From Mobula hypostoma (lineage: Eukaryota), in NCBI RefSeq assembly GCF_963921235.1, contig NC_086108.1, positions 13,888,001 through 13,952,000 of the forward strand: a stretch of DNA of 64,000 nt. Direction: 5' to 3'. Position numbers and translations under genes: made by a program. Shown piece after piece: positions 62,050 through 64,000 of this stretch; within the stretch, counting starts at the first letter, position 1, and the number at the start of each line of letters is the position of its first letter. Below the pieces are notes generated by a model. That model ran no database searches. It worked only from the letters and a program-made list of their open reading frames with translations, and was not told the DNA's origin.

Positions 62050-64000
62050 CAGTGCAGCACAGCATGGAGGACACATAGGTCCTTCACCCCAGTGACTCCA
62101 TGTCAACTATGAGGTTCACCCATTTAGATCCAACTTCCTGCATTCAGCCCATATTCCTCTAAGCCCCACTGCTGCATTTACCGCTCCAAGTGCCTCTTAA
62201 ATGATACTATTGCTTCAGCTGCTTTCTCTGGCAGCTCATTCCATATATTCACAACTCGGGCACGAAAATGTTGCCCCTCAGGTTTCTTTTAAATCTTTCC
62301 CCTCTCACTTTAAACTTATGCCTCCGAGCTTTGGACTCCTCTAACTACCCTGGGCAAAATATCTGCTGCCACCCATCTTGTCTGTGTCCTTCGTGATTCT
62401 CTCGGAGATTACACCTCATTTTCCTGCACTCTAAGGAATAAAGACCTGGACAACCTCTCTGTATAACTCACGCTCTCTAGCCTGGCAACATCCTCATAAA
62501 TCTTTTCTGCACCCTTTTCAGTTAACCATGGCCATCCTATAACAGGGTGACCAAAACTGTACTCAATACTTCAAGTGTGGCCTCACCACTGACTTATACA
62601 AGTTCAACATATTTTTCTAGCTCCTATACTCAGTTCTGTGAAGGCCAGCATGCTAAATACTTTTTTCATCACCCTGTATATGTGTGATGCCTCTTTCAAA
62701 GAACTACAGAATGCTGTTGTACACTGCATTGCACTCCCCAGTGCCCTAGCATTCATTTATAAGTCCTACCCTGGTTTGACTTTCTAAAATGTATCACTTC
62801 ACACTACTTGTGTTAAAATCCATTTGCCACACGTTGTACCACTTCCCCTTAATGATCAAGATGTCCCTGTAATCTATGATAATCTTCATCACTATAAGCA
62901 ACAGCTCCTAATTTCGTGTCATTCACAAATTTACTGATCAAGTCTTGTGCATTCACATTTCTATAAATAGCGAATAACAAAGGTATCAATAGTGATATCT
63001 GCATTACAGCGCAAGTCATCACCATCCATTCTGACAAACAACCCTCAACCACCATCTACTGCTTCCTATCTCTGAGCCTATTTTGAAATCAGCTAACCAG
63101 CTCTCTCTGTATTTCGTGGGACCAAGAGTTCCAGACCAGATTACCGTGACCAACCTTGCTAAAGTCTAAATAGACAACAGCCTCTGACCTATCCTCATCT
63201 ACCTTTTTGGTTATTTCTTCCAATAATTCTGGAGAGTTTATCAAGTGTAGCTTTCCACGCACAAGGCCATGTTGATTCCTTCTAATCAGACTCTTTCTCA
63301 CCATACGTTAGTACATCCTGTAACCTCAGAATTCCCTTCAGTAACTTTCTCAGCACTGATGGAGGCTGACCAGCCTGTAGTCCTCTAACGTGTCCTTGCT
63401 ACCCCTTTTAAACAAGGAAACAGCATTAGCTTCCCTCCAGTCTTCAGGAGCTAATGATGAAGCAAATATTTTCATAAGGGCTTCCACAGTTTCTCCTCTA
63501 GACTCCCAAAAAGTTCTGAAGATGCACTTGGGATTTATCCATATGAGTCAAAGAGTCATACAAAAGTACAGCGCAGAAACAGGCCCTTTGGCCCATCTAG
63601 TCCATACCGAACCATTAAAACTACCTACTCCAATTGAGCTGCATCCGGACCATAACCCTCCATACCCCTGCCATCCAAGTACCTATTCAAACTTCTCTTA
63701 AGTGTTGAAATTGAACTTGCATGCATGGCTTGTGCTGGGAGCTCATTCCACAACCCCACAACCCTTTGAGTGAAGAAATTCCTCTCATATTCCCCTTAAA
63801 CTTTTCACCTTTCACCCTTAACCCATGGCCTCTAGTTGTAGTCTCACCCAACCTCAGTGGAAAATGCCTGCCTGCAATTACCCTGTCTATACCCCTCACA
63901 ATTTTGTATACCTCTATCAAATCTTCTTTCAATCTTCTGCGTTGTCAAGAATACAGTCCTAACCTATTCAATCGTTCCTTATAACTCAGGTCCTCCAGTG
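62050..64000 (-). mobile_element. Old CR1 RT/3' region (62050-63545) plus a second CR1 3' end (63550-64000)
   Basis: NQHG.VRG...L.E.ITK.VDE...VVYLDFSK, and DLIEVYKI.RG.DR...TTTRGHGL.VKG. Confidence 0.8.

Overview
Eukaryotic, vertebrate DNA. The repeat spectrum (CR1-dominated, V-SINEs, Penelope, Rex1-like) suggests a cartilaginous fish such as a ray or shark, which is an inference. Most of the window is nested retroelement debris: many CR1 LINEs, Rex1/Babar-like LINEs, an RTE fragment, Penelope-like elements (PLEs) with minimal hammerhead motifs, two Gypsy LTR families, SINEs and two minisatellites. The CR1 set includes one near-complete ORF2 and several 5' halves with SGNH-esterase ORF1. Most ORFs in the supplied track are TE fragments, antisense shadows or repeat artefacts. 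The best host-gene signal is a minus-strand candidate gene: a CpG-enriched promoter-like island, a signal-peptide exon (12708-12609) and an in-phase second exon (11745-11693) encoding a CxxC helix. There is also an unidentified GC3-rich coding relic at about 40 kb. Other notable items are a chimeric CR1 subfamily with a doubled endonuclease N-terminus, a deleted Gypsy with mosaic LTRs and a 42-bp minisatellite with higher-order structure. No prokaryotic systems, CRISPR arrays or rRNA were seen. TE boundaries are approximate unless a TSD or terminus is cited.
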